From a virus (Duplodnaviria > Caudoviricetes), in the IMG/VR virus record IMGVR_UViG_3300018420_000018, positions 1 to 60,935 of that record: a DNA stretch of 60,935 nucleotides. One strand, written 5' to 3'. The position numbers and the translations under genes were made by a program. Each line of letters opens with the position of its first letter. Position 1 is the stretch's first letter. Shown here one piece after another: positions 28,435 to 38,428 of this stretch. The notes beneath the pieces were generated by a model. The model did no database searches. It worked only from the letters and a program-made list of their open reading frames with translations, and was not told the DNA's origin.

Positions 28435-29715
28435 CTAATAAAGTGTTAACGACATTGGTTGATACGAACCTGCAACATAACTTGGGAACGAAGAACTTGG
28501 TATAGTCCATGTATAATATTTGGTTCCTGCATATGGGTTTGTACTTGCAGTACCACTCGCTAAAGGTAAAGTTGTTGTTGTGTTGTTAGGTAAACTCAAT
28601 ACAAAATAAGTTGCACTAGGGAAATCTTGAGCAAAATCATACTGACCACTTAAACCAGTTGCCTTATACGTAAGTTCTCCAATTGTTAAAGTCGAGGTAG
28701 CGGAGGAGCCTGGACTTTGTCTAATAACCCACTCACCAGCACCATATATTGATATAGGTGGTGCAGGAGATTGTGGCCATGTTCCTGCGAATCCTAATGG
28801 GCCATATCCATAAGGTGCGCCTGGGTATCCTGTACTAAATCCGTATCTTGCAGTACCAGTATAACTTGAAGGTTCTACATTAGAAGTCACACTATAAGGC
28901 CCCCATAGTATTGGGTCGGGATACGTATATGGTGTAGGTTGTCTTCCAACTATAGATGCAGGCTGTTGTGCAATCACTGGGTGTTGATAACTTGTTTGTG
29001 CAATTACAGGGTGTCTATAGGTTGTTTGTGCAATCGATGGGTGTCTATAACTTACACTTACCTGATGAGTATATTCTGCAGGATGTCTATATGATGCTTG
29101 ATAATCAGTACTTACCTGATGAGTGTATATTGTAGGGTGTTGGTAAGACTGTTGAAAACTATAAGGTTCACGTCCTTGTCTTGCATATGTAAAAGGTTGT
29201 TGACCTGTATCGTTAAAGTTGTAAGGTTGTGTTCCTTGTGTTGCATATGGTTGTTGAAAACTTTGTTGAAAACTATAAGGTGAACGTCCTTGGTGTGCAT
29301 ATGTAAAGGGTGTTCTACCTTGTGCAATGTAAGGAGTTTGACCTTGTCTTGCGTATGTGAAAGGTGTTCTTCCAGTTGCATTATAGATTACTGGACTTCT
29401 TCCAGTCACCTGAATTGTAGTTTGTGCATTTGCAATGTATGGGTATGCTTGTTGTGCAGATGCAATATAAGGATAGTTTGCAGTCGCTTGAACTATAGAT
29501 GGTATTTGTCTATTTGCAATATAAGGTGTTTGTGCAGAACTAGGTTGTCTTGCATTTGCAGGTTGTCTCGCTTGATAAGTAAAAGGAGTTTGTGCGTTTG
29601 CAGGTTGCCTTGCAATATATTGTGCAATTACAGGTGAACGACCTTGTGCAAGTCCCTGTCCTTGGTAAGGTTGTTGGAACGAAGTTCCTATATTTACATA
29701 AATTTCATCAGACAT
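28435..29715 (-). CDS. Pro/Tyr/Gln repeat protein, long partner of pair B, with shared C-terminal domain
   Basis: MSDEIYVNIG start, about 254 aa of repeats, 162-aa C-domain nearly identical to that of 18989..20533. Confidence 0.85.
   Translation of the reverse strand: MSDEIYVNIGTSFQQPYQGQGLAQGRSPVIAQYIARQPANAQTPFTYQARQPANARQPSSAQTPYIANRQIPSIVQATANYPYIASAQQAYPYIANAQTTIQVTGRSPVIYNATGRTPFTYARQGQTPYIAQGRTPFTYAHQGRSPYSFQQSFQQPYATQGTQPYNFNDTGQQPFTYARQGREPYSFQQSYQHPTIYTHQVSTDYQASYRHPAEYTHQVSVSYRHPSIAQTTYRHPVIAQTSYQHPVIAQQPASIVGRQPTPYTYPDPILWGPYSVTSNVEPSSYTGTARYGFSTGYPGAPYGYGPLGFAGTWPQSPAPPISIYGAGEWVIRQSPGSSATSTLTIGELTYKATGLSGQYDFAQDFPSATYFVLSLPNNTTTTLPLASGTASTNPYAGTKYYTWTIPSSSFPSYVAGSYQPMSLTLY
28436..28923. 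repeat. Direct repeat copy 2 of the shared C-terminal domain
   Basis: Aligns with 18990..19474, one extra codon. Confidence 0.95.
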
Positions 29716-29716
29716 A

Positions 29717-31528
29717 TCATATCACAAACCATAAGTGTCCAGTCGATGTACTACCTACTTGAGTAGGTGCAGTACTTGTTGTCTCGTAATCTAACTGAAC
29801 GGTATTACTGGAAACTGTTAATCCATCACCAGTATTTAGGTCGATTGTGATTGTCCCATCTAATGGGTCGTCATTTCCACCATCTGCATTGTCCACGTAT
29901 GTTTTTACAAGACCCTTATTTGATGCAACACTTAAAATTGCATTCATTCTATCGTCTGAGAAATACTTATTGTTTGAACCCTCTGAAACGTTATCTGTTG
30001 TATTACTTGGGTTAACAGGTTCCCAATATCCTGCACTATCGTCCCATGCAAGTATTTGACCTGCTTGGGGAGATGTGGTATAATTTACATCACTTAAATC
30101 ATCTAAAGTATTGTTTGCAAGGTTGTCTTCTGTTGCAGATAATCTTAATTCATCACCAACTTTACTTACTGTAATATTAGTGTGGTTAGAGTGATTTAAT
30201 ATAGTGTCTGTTCTTGTTGATACCCTTGCATCAGTATAATACAAACTAGACCCTTCTGTCAAGTCTCCCGTATCTTTAGTTGCAAGTCTTGTATCAAAAT
30301 CTGAGTTTGCACGTGTAGAGGTATAATACAAATTAGACCCTTCAGTCAAGTCTCCAGTATCATGGTTGGATATATCTGAAACTGTTCCAGTGACATCACC
30401 AGTTAAGTCTCCGATAAAATTTGTATTTGCAGTAATTGTAGTACCAGTAATTGCGGCTGCAGTTGTACCTCCGATTGTTGTACCATCGATATTACCACCG
30501 TTAATGTCCACTGTAGTCAACGTAGAGGTTCCTGATGCGTTTATGTCAACTGCATATAGGTCTGACCACCTGTTTCCACTAGAACCTAATGCACGGGTGT
30601 TATTTGCATCTGATATTATATCAGAATCTACTGAACCAGTCAAGGTAATCGTATCTGAACTTGCGTTTCCTAAATCTATATTACCGTTTAAAGTAGTATT
30701 TCCAGTGACTGTTAAATTTTGTGTAGTCGATAAACTTCCTGTAAATGTACCTGAAGTTGCAGATATACTTGAAGAGAATGTACCAGTTGTTCCTGCAACA
30801 TCTCCTGAAGAAGTAAGTGAACCAACCCCAACATTACCACTGAATGAACCAGTAGTTGCACTTGTGATTGCACCACTATTAATAGACATAGTTCCGTCTG
30901 TAAGTGTTGGTGCAGTAAGTGTTTTACTACTTGCAAGTGTGACATTGTCTTGGTGATATACATCTCCATCAAACTCAATCTTTGCACTTGTAGATAATGT
31001 TGTAGTTGCATTTATAGACGATTCGTTGAATATTATTCCACTATCGTTGTTGTTGTAGATTACGTTTTCTGCAGTTTGGTTAAAGAAACCTGTTGCTTGA
31101 CCTGAGTCTGCAACTCCTAAATATGAACCAGTGTATGAATATACAGTAATCTTATCACCTGTAGTTGCACCACTTGTAAGTGTAATCTGACTATAGGTAT
31201 TTCCACTTAATACACCAAATCCACCGATTGAATAATCGTCATCCTTTATTTGGTGGTCTCTTTCTACATAAACTTGAAGTCTATCTTTTTTAAACTCTAA
31301 TGTATTTCCAAAACTATCTGCACCTGAGAACACTTGTTGACCTGAAGTTGCAATAAACACAAATTCTTGGAAGAAGAATGATTTATCTTCAATACTATTG
31401 ACTGCATCTACAAGTGTATTTGTGCTTGTAGTTCTTAAACCACCTACATCACCAACATCTGTAGAAACCTCGTTAAAGGTTGTTCTAAAGTCTTCTAAAG
31501 TACTGAATTGGTCTACTAGTTTAGCCAT
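29717..31528 (-). CDS. Tail-fibre-like virion protein (603 aa)
   Basis: N-terminal T.E.FR..FN anchor-like motif; DTGDLTEGSNLYYT repeats; ends AP......GHLWFVI. Confidence 0.72.
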   Translation of the reverse strand: MAKLVDQFSTLEDFRTTFNEVSTDVGDVGGLRTTSTNTLVDAVNSIEDKSFFFQEFVFIATSGQQVFSGADSFGNTLEFKKDRLQVYVERDHQIKDDDYSIGGFGVLSGNTYSQITLTSGATTGDKITVYSYTGSYLGVADSGQATGFFNQTAENVIYNNNDSGIIFNESSINATTTLSTSAKIEFDGDVYHQDNVTLASSKTLTAPTLTDGTMSINSGAITSATTGSFSGNVGVGSLTSSGDVAGTTGTFSSSISATSGTFTGSLSTTQNLTVTGNTTLNGNIDLGNASSDTITLTGSVDSDIISDANNTRALGSSGNRWSDLYAVDINASGTSTLTTVDINGGNIDGTTIGGTTAAAITGTTITANTNFIGDLTGDVTGTVSDISNHDTGDLTEGSNLYYTSTRANSDFDTRLATKDTGDLTEGSSLYYTDARVSTRTDTILNHSNHTNITVSKVGDELRLSATEDNLANNTLDDLSDVNYTTSPQAGQILAWDDSAGYWEPVNPSNTTDNVSEGSNNKYFSDDRMNAILSVASNKGLVKTYVDNADGGNDDPLDGTITIDLNTGDGLTVSSNTVQLDYETTSTAPTQVGSTSTGHLWFVI

Positions 31529-31733
31529 TTATCTTTTCCACTAATTGATTAAGAATATTTTTGATATCATTCATATCGTTCTTAATATTATTTATTTCCT
31601 CTACCTGTTTTTTATAGTTTTCTTTTCTAAGTTTATATAATGACCATGCATTTGTGTCTGTTGATACTATTGCAGAGGACTCTGAATCTCTTACTAAAGA
31701 TGTATGTCCTTCTACTTTAATATACTCAGTCAT
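31521..31733 (-). CDS. Small coiled-coil protein following the VrlC-like gene; start probably MTEYIKVEG
   Basis: KVEGH..LVRD..S.AIV motif; TAATG overlap with upstream stop. Confidence 0.75.
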   Translation of the reverse strand: MTEYIKVEGHTSLVRDSESSAIVSTDTNAWSLYKLRKENYKKQVEEINNIKNDMNDIKNILNQLVEKING

Positions 31734-34700
31734 TACGCAAGTCCTAAACACCTCAATGCAGATACCATAGGAACTACTGAAGTGTTTGTTCCTTTACCTA
31801 CAATTTTAACTGCGAATGCACTAAACTCAGGTAAGTCATCTACAGTCCATTCGTATTCTTTAAAGTTTCTTGCATCTGCTTCTACTGTTGTATCAGGATT
31901 TCCATCTGAGTTAAAGTATTCCCAATTTAAATCATCAAAAGGTGTAGACTCATCATTTTTCAGAACTTTATATAACACTTCAATTTCTGTTGTTGGTGGT
32001 CTGAATACATCTGCAATCACTTTAAGTGTTGATGCAGGAGTCTTTAAGTTTACCTTTCTAGTACAGTAGATGAAGGTATTATTATCTCCATCAGGTTCTG
32101 TTGATGCAGTATAAACTGTACCACTTTGAACATCTGATGCACTATCTATTTTATTAATTCTGTTTGATATACCAATCGCACCTATTGTACCAATGTCAAT
32201 TACAGGTGAAACGTTTCCGTTTAGAGATTGTAATTGAAGTGTACATGTGAACGATTTCTCTGAAGACATTTCATTAGTTTCGTTTAATGGTGATGCAACT
32301 ACACTTGGTGAATCAAAGAATACGTTATCATTTAGTGTGATAAATTTACTTGTATTATTTTTATTGTATGCAGTTCCACTACTATATCCTTCAGGTGAGT
32401 TCATAGGTGTTGTTAATACACTTGCACTGATTCTAGTCATGTTATAATTTAGACTTGGTATCAATGTATGTAATGTATCAAAGTAATAGTTTCTTGTTGA
32501 TGTTGCATTTTCTCCACCACCAACTGTTGAATCGTTAGATGCATATGTTGTTTTTACATCAAAACTTGAAATATCAGGAAGCACTGTAAATGAATCCATT
32601 TCAATATTTCCAATTGCAGTAAATGTTTGATTGATTGCAGATACTGGAACACCACCTAGTGTATCACCAACTGCATCTACACCTACTGTAAGGTCTGCAG
32701 TTCCACCATCAAAGTTAACAGCACTCAATGTATCTGTTGTTGCGTATCCAGTGCCTGGGTCTGTAATATATGAAGTAGTGATTACATTACTTGCAACTGT
32801 AAATTCTGCAGTTGCACCAGTACCACTTCCTCCAGTTAAGGATACATTATATGTACCATCTGAAGGTGTTCCACTTACTGAAGGTGTTGCAATATTTAAT
32901 ACACCATTTTCTTTATCACCAGTAATACCTGCAATGGTCACATTTGAATTTGTTGTGTACATACCATGCATATAGTTGTAAACTTTCACATACTGTTGAC
33001 CACTAATTGTTTCAACAGGACTTGTTTGTAAAGTAGAAACTGGTAATGCTTTGTTCTCAAATTTCAATACTGGTGTTTTAGAAACATCAAAGGATGCATT
33101 TCTCATATGGAATTTAAGGTCATCCTCTTGTGTTGCAGTCCATGTTGATGCGTTTTGTGATACAAACAATGAACCTGCGTATGGTTGTCCTGAAATTGTC
33201 TGACTTGTTTTAAGGTCTTTCTCACCCATTCTTGAAATGAATGCAGTGTATTCGTTTGAGTTTGAGTACACAACGAATGCATATTCAAAATCTTGTTCTA
33301 AGTAAACTGGGGAATCAAATGTAAATGTAGTTGCACTTGAACCATCTGTAGAAGTATTTACATCTGCAGGATTCTTTGTGACTGTTGAGAAAGGCATTAC
33401 AGTCTGGCCTGGATAACCGTTTATCATATTTCTTATTTCGACTGAAACTGGTAATGTTGTGTCTTTCGTCTCAAAGAATAAATCTATAGATGTGACAAAT
33501 ATACCACCTGATTTTTCAACTAAGAATGATTGTGCAAGTGGGTCACCCCAACCTCTTTCTAATCGGAAGTCACGGAAGTTTCTATCAGGCACTTCTAATA
33601 TTCTTCTTGTTGCAGGAATAACTACTGGTTCTGCAACAAAAGGTGGCGGTTCAGGTAATGGTGGTATTATAGGTTCAACAATCTGTTCAATCCATGGTGG
33701 TGGGTCGGGAATTACAACTGGGTCTTGAATTATATCAACAATTGGTGGTAATTCAGGTGTTGGTACTTCAGGTGCATCTGCATCAAATACTTGTGCATTA
33801 ATCCTTTCTCCTTGTCTAGTGATTTGTCTAGTACTATTATTTCTTTCTAATATCACCCTACCATTTCTTGTAGATGTAATCTCTGTTTGGTTAGATTGTA
33901 ATAAACCTTGTGCTTGATACATTCCACTTGCTTGTGAGCCTGGGTTTTGTAAGTCGTAATAACTAGAAGTTAATCTTAATTCTCTTTGACCTGTTGGGAA
34001 TCTTTGTTTACTATCATTTGGTAATTCAAAGTATGCACGTAATCTACCATTACCATCTGCTTTACAATTTGAGGAAACAGTTGTTCCTCCATCTTGTGAG
34101 TAAGTTGCACTAAACGGTCTTATGTATTGGTCAACTCTGATACCATCAAAGAAGAAATAATGGTTTGCATTTGGTTTTAAATTAGTTGCATCAACTTCAA
34201 TAGTTCTCGCTCTCATGAAAGGTACTATTGAAATACTTACAACTCTATCGTTTCTTGTTTCTACAAAGTCTTCAACAACACTTGTTGTCACACCTGTTCT
34301 TGTTTGTGTTTCTACAGTCTCGGTTATTTCTCTTGTGACTTGTAAACCTGCAACCCATTCACCACCTTGTGTTGGGTCTCCACTCCATGAACCGTTAGAA
34401 GTTGCTTGAACTTCTGTTGATACAACATTAGGTTCTCCTACCCATGTTGTCTGCCATGAGTTCCATACAGTACCCAAAGAGTTTTGATTTTCTGCAAGAA
34501 CAGCGTCAAAGTTTCCTTCTCTGTTTATTCTGACTTCAGGTAATTGTTCTGTATCGTTCCATATATCAGTTTCAGGTGTAAGTTTTACTGTACCAAAGAA
34601 GTTGAATACGTGATATGGGTTTACGTTAATTGTTCTCGATGCTTTATCTTGATTTACGTATGTGACTTGGTTGTATGGTAATGTAATTAAATCACCAGTT

Positions 34701-37700
34701 TTTTGATAATTAGAAGACAATGATTGATTAAATTCGATATCAAAAAATTGTGAATAGGATTTAGGTCTCATTGCACCAAGTTTAGTATCAATACTTATTT
34801 CATAGTCGGGGTGATTTACGTCACCAACTCTATGACCTCTAAAATTGTCTACTAAGAAACCTGATTTAAATCTATCAAAACCGTCTGCATCTAAAATCTG
34901 TTTTGTTTGTGTATCTCTTTCTAATAAAGATAATGCAGTAATTCTTTCCAAGTTTGTGACACGGTTATTAATTTTACCAATGTCTTTCATAGTGAATCTT
35001 CTATGGTCTTGTGTTCTAACTCTTATATTTTTTAGATTCTTTGTATACGCAGGAATCTGAAGTTCAAATAATTCTATTGCATCATCTATCGCTTTTGGTT
35101 TTGTAGGTGATAATGCAGGAATACCTGCAGAAGTTTGGAATGAACCTGACTTATGTAAGAATACTTTATCGATTCTTCCAACATAAAAAGAAATATCACC
35201 AACAACACTTGAACCAGTCACTGGTGTATCGTTTGCACTTGCACCAGTAGATGTGATACCAACTCTAGAAGAACTAAAGTCTCTACCTGTATCATATCCA
35301 AACGGTGCATAAACAGCACCCTCTGTACCATCTGATAGGTTTACTGGGTTAGTTGGGTCTTGTGTATTTGTTGTACCGAATGTTGAAGTACCTATAATTT
35401 GTCCTGCAACTGGTCTAAAGTCAATTGCATCTGAAAGTTCAAATGTTCCATCGGGTTCTAGACCACCTAAGTCAACTCTACTTGGAGAGTATACAGGAAT
35501 ATCTTGATATGGAATCGAAGTATATGATTCAACATCAAAGAAGTCTCCACTATCTGAAGTGAAGTAATCGAATACAATTAATATTTTTCCTGAAGGAACT
35601 GGTTCTCCAACCTTTCTTGTAATTTTTGCAAGGTCATAAAAACCATCTCTTTGTCCGTTGTCAAAGAAGAATCTAGACTTGATATCGGGTGAACCTTGTG
35701 ATACACTAGTAATTGTTGCAACTGCCTTTGAAGTTTGTCCAACAACACTTTCACCTTCTGTAAAACTTCCTGATACTATTCTATAGTATGAAGTTGCAAG
35801 TGAACCATTATATGTAATTAAAACTGCACGTGCATCTGATGTTTGACCAACAATTGTTTCGTAAATTTGGAATGTTCCACTATCGACTGAAAAATATGAT
35901 GAAGGTGGTAGAGGTGTTGTTCCTCCTACTCCTTCATATATTGCATGAATTTTATGAACGTCTGCAACACCTAGTGTAATTTCTTTATCATCATATGCAG
36001 TTCCATAGAAACCACCAGCACTTCTTGCACTTTCAACACCAAGTAATCTTGATTGTCTTAGTGTCTTATTTCTAGAATTAGGATTTGTTCTATTTACTGT
36101 AAATGTGACTTTAAGTTTTGCACCATCATTATTTGCAATACTCTTAGTAAGTGTTTGTCCTGTTCCACCATCTGATGTAGGGTCACCTGTAAAATCTTCT
36201 ATGTTTAATAGGTCACCTAAATCGTATGCACTTGAGTCTGAAGATTCATCAACAACTGCAATTGTAAAGTTATCTGTATTAATTGCACCGAATGTTGCAT
36301 TTGAACCAGTAGTGATTGTAAATGAACCACCTGATACGTCAACTACTTGTTGTCTTCTTACTTGGATAGAATCACATGAGTGTGTTTTTACCCAGTCTCT
36401 TGGCCATGCGAATATAGATGCAGTTTGGTCTTGGTCATAAATCTTTGCACGTTTTCTTGTGACATTACCATTATATGAAGCACCTGCATTTCCTGTAAGT
36501 GTAAGTGTAGTATCATCAGTGACACTTGAAACTATTAATTCTTCATTAGAGTTTGCAGGGTTTACAATTATATCACCTTCTTTTAACTCTGTTGTAAACG
36601 ATGTTGCAAAACCAGTGACACTAGATGAACTGTTCGTAAATGTGACTGTTCCCAATAAAGTTTTTGAACCATCTACTACAACATTTGCAGTAAATATTGT
36701 GGAACCTGCATCTGCAGGGTCTTGTGATACACCTCTTGCACGGTCAATGTTGTAGTTTCTTACTGCAGTGACTGTTGTTGTTCCACTAGTTGTACCATTA
36801 GTTGTAATTGCATCACCAACTACGAATGTACCTACTACGTCATGAACATATAACTGACCACTTGCAGTATATGAAACAATACCAGTTGCACCTGAAGTAC
36901 CACCAACAACTTGGTCTCCTTCTGTAAATGTTCCACTAAGTGTACCACTTAGTTTTGTTAACATCTTGATGTCAAACAGATATAAGTTCCATGTGGAACT
37001 TGCATCATATTCTTGTGAAGATGCAGAACCACTTTGTAAATCTATATTTCTTAATCTTGCAAAACCAATCTTTCCACTTGTTGGTTCTGTTCCGTCACTT
37101 GAAATTGTTGAATCCCATAGTGTGACTTCTTTGAAAGGTGTAATACTTGCATCACCAGTTTCATTACCAAACTCGGGTAATGAGTGTACGTTTGTAATTC
37201 TTAATTTGTTTCCTATTCTAACTGGTGTGTTTGTGTTGTCTAATGATACTGTTGACCTTGCCTTACTGATAGATATTGGTGTTGTTCCAATCTTATCTAT
37301 CTCGTATCCTTTTACATATGCTTTACCAGGCGATATTTGCATGACAAACTTATCTACATTTCCACCGTTTGTTGCAGTGTAGTATCCTCTGTTTGTAGTA
37401 TCGTCTAAGTGTTCTCTTAAACTATGTGTAAATTGTCTTACAACAAAATCACCGTTTGCATCGAATGTTCTCCTTGCAAGTGTGTTTTCTATTTCATTGT
37501 ATATCGGTCTTGTAATTTTTAATTCGATAATACCCTGATTTACTCTGACAAGTTCTATGAAATCTGTATCGTTTGTAGTGTCAAGTGTAAATTTAGATAA
37601 TGTAAAATCTAATTTAAGTCTATCTGCACCTGCAGCGTTTTCGTTTGTAGTACCTGAAGAGTTGTCTAGTAAAGATGTATCATCTGCAGAAGATAAAAGA

Positions 37701-38389
37701 CTTTCTGTAATGTTAAGACCTACTCTATAAGTTGGTTTACCTGAATACTTTTCTAAAATTAATGTTTGTGCATCAACCTTACAAAAGAATCCTCTTGCAA
37801 ACACTACACCTTCTGATATACTTGCAATAGAAGAACGACCAATTGGACTATCTGTTTTTGGTTTTACTGTAAATTCATTTGCATTTGCAGAGTTTACAGT
37901 CACTGTACCATCTTCACCTAGTGTACATTCTTGTAATTCTTCACCTGAATAGAATACTATTGAGTTAAACTCATCTGTACCTTGTGAGTGGAATTTTACA
38001 AATAAAGTGATAGGGTCATCTGATGTTTCTGCACTTGACTCAAAAACTTTACCTACAACACCTGAAGACTTACCTCTTAAGAATTTACCATGAAAAGAAG
38101 TTCGGTAATCTTCAACACTTGCATCACCACCTGAATTAGGGTTTGCAGAATCTACCTTTACATAGAATATATCTAAATCTACATCTGACTCTGCACCAGT
38201 GACTAAAGAACCTTCTTCAAACATATGTGAACCAAATCTTTCGATTTGATTCTGTAGTATAGTTTGAGATTGAGTTAATTCTCTAGACTGTAAAGGACGA
38301 CCTGCTCTAAAAAGAACTTTTTGGAACTTCTTATCTTCGGAGAAGTCATCGTAATATGGTGCTATATTTAAATCAGTTTTTTCTGGCAT
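31733..38389 (-). CDS. Large virion structural protein, VrlC / DUF4815-like
   Basis: PYYDDF....F.KVLFR.G..LQ.RELTQ.Q, LARRT.D..G, TMKDIG....R...LE, RFKSGF.VDNF, DPLAQSF. Confidence 0.88.
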   Translation of the reverse strand: MPEKTDLNIAPYYDDFSEDKKFQKVLFRAGRPLQSRELTQSQTILQNQIERFGSHMFEEGSLVTGAESDVDLDIFYVKVDSANPNSGGDASVEDYRTSFHGKFLRGKSSGVVGKVFESSAETSDDPITLFVKFHSQGTDEFNSIVFYSGEELQECTLGEDGTVTVNSANANEFTVKPKTDSPIGRSSIASISEGVVFARGFFCKVDAQTLILEKYSGKPTYRVGLNITESLLSSADDTSLLDNSSGTTNENAAGADRLKLDFTLSKFTLDTTNDTDFIELVRVNQGIIELKITRPIYNEIENTLARRTFDANGDFVVRQFTHSLREHLDDTTNRGYYTATNGGNVDKFVMQISPGKAYVKGYEIDKIGTTPISISKARSTVSLDNTNTPVRIGNKLRITNVHSLPEFGNETGDASITPFKEVTLWDSTISSDGTEPTSGKIGFARLRNIDLQSGSASSQEYDASSTWNLYLFDIKMLTKLSGTLSGTFTEGDQVVGGTSGATGIVSYTASGQLYVHDVVGTFVVGDAITTNGTTSGTTTVTAVRNYNIDRARGVSQDPADAGSTIFTANVVVDGSKTLLGTVTFTNSSSSVTGFATSFTTELKEGDIIVNPANSNEELIVSSVTDDTTLTLTGNAGASYNGNVTRKRAKIYDQDQTASIFAWPRDWVKTHSCDSIQVRRQQVVDVSGGSFTITTGSNATFGAINTDNFTIAVVDESSDSSAYDLGDLLNIEDFTGDPTSDGGTGQTLTKSIANNDGAKLKVTFTVNRTNPNSRNKTLRQSRLLGVESARSAGGFYGTAYDDKEITLGVADVHKIHAIYEGVGGTTPLPPSSYFSVDSGTFQIYETIVGQTSDARAVLITYNGSLATSYYRIVSGSFTEGESVVGQTSKAVATITSVSQGSPDIKSRFFFDNGQRDGFYDLAKITRKVGEPVPSGKILIVFDYFTSDSGDFFDVESYTSIPYQDIPVYSPSRVDLGGLEPDGTFELSDAIDFRPVAGQIIGTSTFGTTNTQDPTNPVNLSDGTEGAVYAPFGYDTGRDFSSSRVGITSTGASANDTPVTGSSVVGDISFYVGRIDKVFLHKSGSFQTSAGIPALSPTKPKAIDDAIELFELQIPAYTKNLKNIRVRTQDHRRFTMKDIGKINNRVTNLERITALSLLERDTQTKQILDADGFDRFKSGFLVDNFRGHRVGDVNHPDYEISIDTKLGAMRPKSYSQFFDIEFNQSLSSNYQKTGDLITLPYNQVTYVNQDKASRTINVNPYHVFNFFGTVKLTPETDIWNDTEQLPEVRINREGNFDAVLAENQNSLGTVWNSWQTTWVGEPNVVSTEVQATSNGSWSGDPTQGGEWVAGLQVTREITETVETQTRTGVTTSVVEDFVETRNDRVVSISIVPFMRARTIEVDATNLKPNANHYFFFDGIRVDQYIRPFSATYSQDGGTTVSSNCKADGNGRLRAYFELPNDSKQRFPTGQRELRLTSSYYDLQNPGSQASGMYQAQGLLQSNQTEITSTRNGRVILERNNSTRQITRQGERINAQVFDADAPEVPTPELPPIVDIIQDPVVIPDPPPWIEQIVEPIIPPLPEPPPFVAEPVVIPATRRILEVPDRNFRDFRLERGWGDPLAQSFLVEKSGGIFVTSIDLFFETKDTTLPVSVEIRNMINGYPGQTVMPFSTVTKNPADVNTSTDGSSATTFTFDSPVYLEQDFEYAFVVYSNSNEYTAFISRMGEKDLKTSQTISGQPYAGSLFVSQNASTWTATQEDDLKFHMRNASFDVSKTPVLKFENKALPVSTLQTSPVETISGQQYVKVYNYMHGMYTTNSNVTIAGITGDKENGVLNIATPSVSGTPSDGTYNVSLTGGSGTGATAEFTVASNVITTSYITDPGTGYATTDTLSAVNFDGGTADLTVGVDAVGDTLGGVPVSAINQTFTAIGNIEMDSFTVLPDISSFDVKTTYASNDSTVGGGENATSTRNYYFDTLHTLIPSLNYNMTRISASVLTTPMNSPEGYSSGTAYNKNNTSKFITLNDNVFFDSPSVVASPLNETNEMSSEKSFTCTLQLQSLNGNVSPVIDIGTIGAIGISNRINKIDSASDVQSGTVYTASTEPDGDNNTFIYCTRKVNLKTPASTLKVIADVFRPPTTEIEVLYKVLKNDESTPFDDLNWEYFNSDGNPDTTVEADARNFKEYEWTVDDLPEFSAFAVKIVGKGTNTSVVPMVSALRCLGLA

Positions 38390-38403
38390 ATTCCTTAACC
38401 TGT

Positions 38404-38425
38404 TGTGGGGACACTAAGTCCCCAT
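38404..38425 (-). promoter_or_regulatory. Hairpin between gp8 and the VrlC-like gene
   Basis: TGGGGAC-TTAGT-GTCCCCA; no U tract on the coding strand. Confidence 0.5.
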
Positions 38426-38428
38426 AAA

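Noticed and set aside
18990-28923. Diversity-generating retroelement template/variable repeat pair
   Set aside because: Both copies are coding, differences are clustered, mostly synonymous and not adenine-specific, and no reverse transcriptase is present in the window.
21285-37382. Long + strand ORFs antisense to fibre and baseplate genes
   Set aside because: Shadow frames typical of S/T/G-rich genes; no recognisable motifs.
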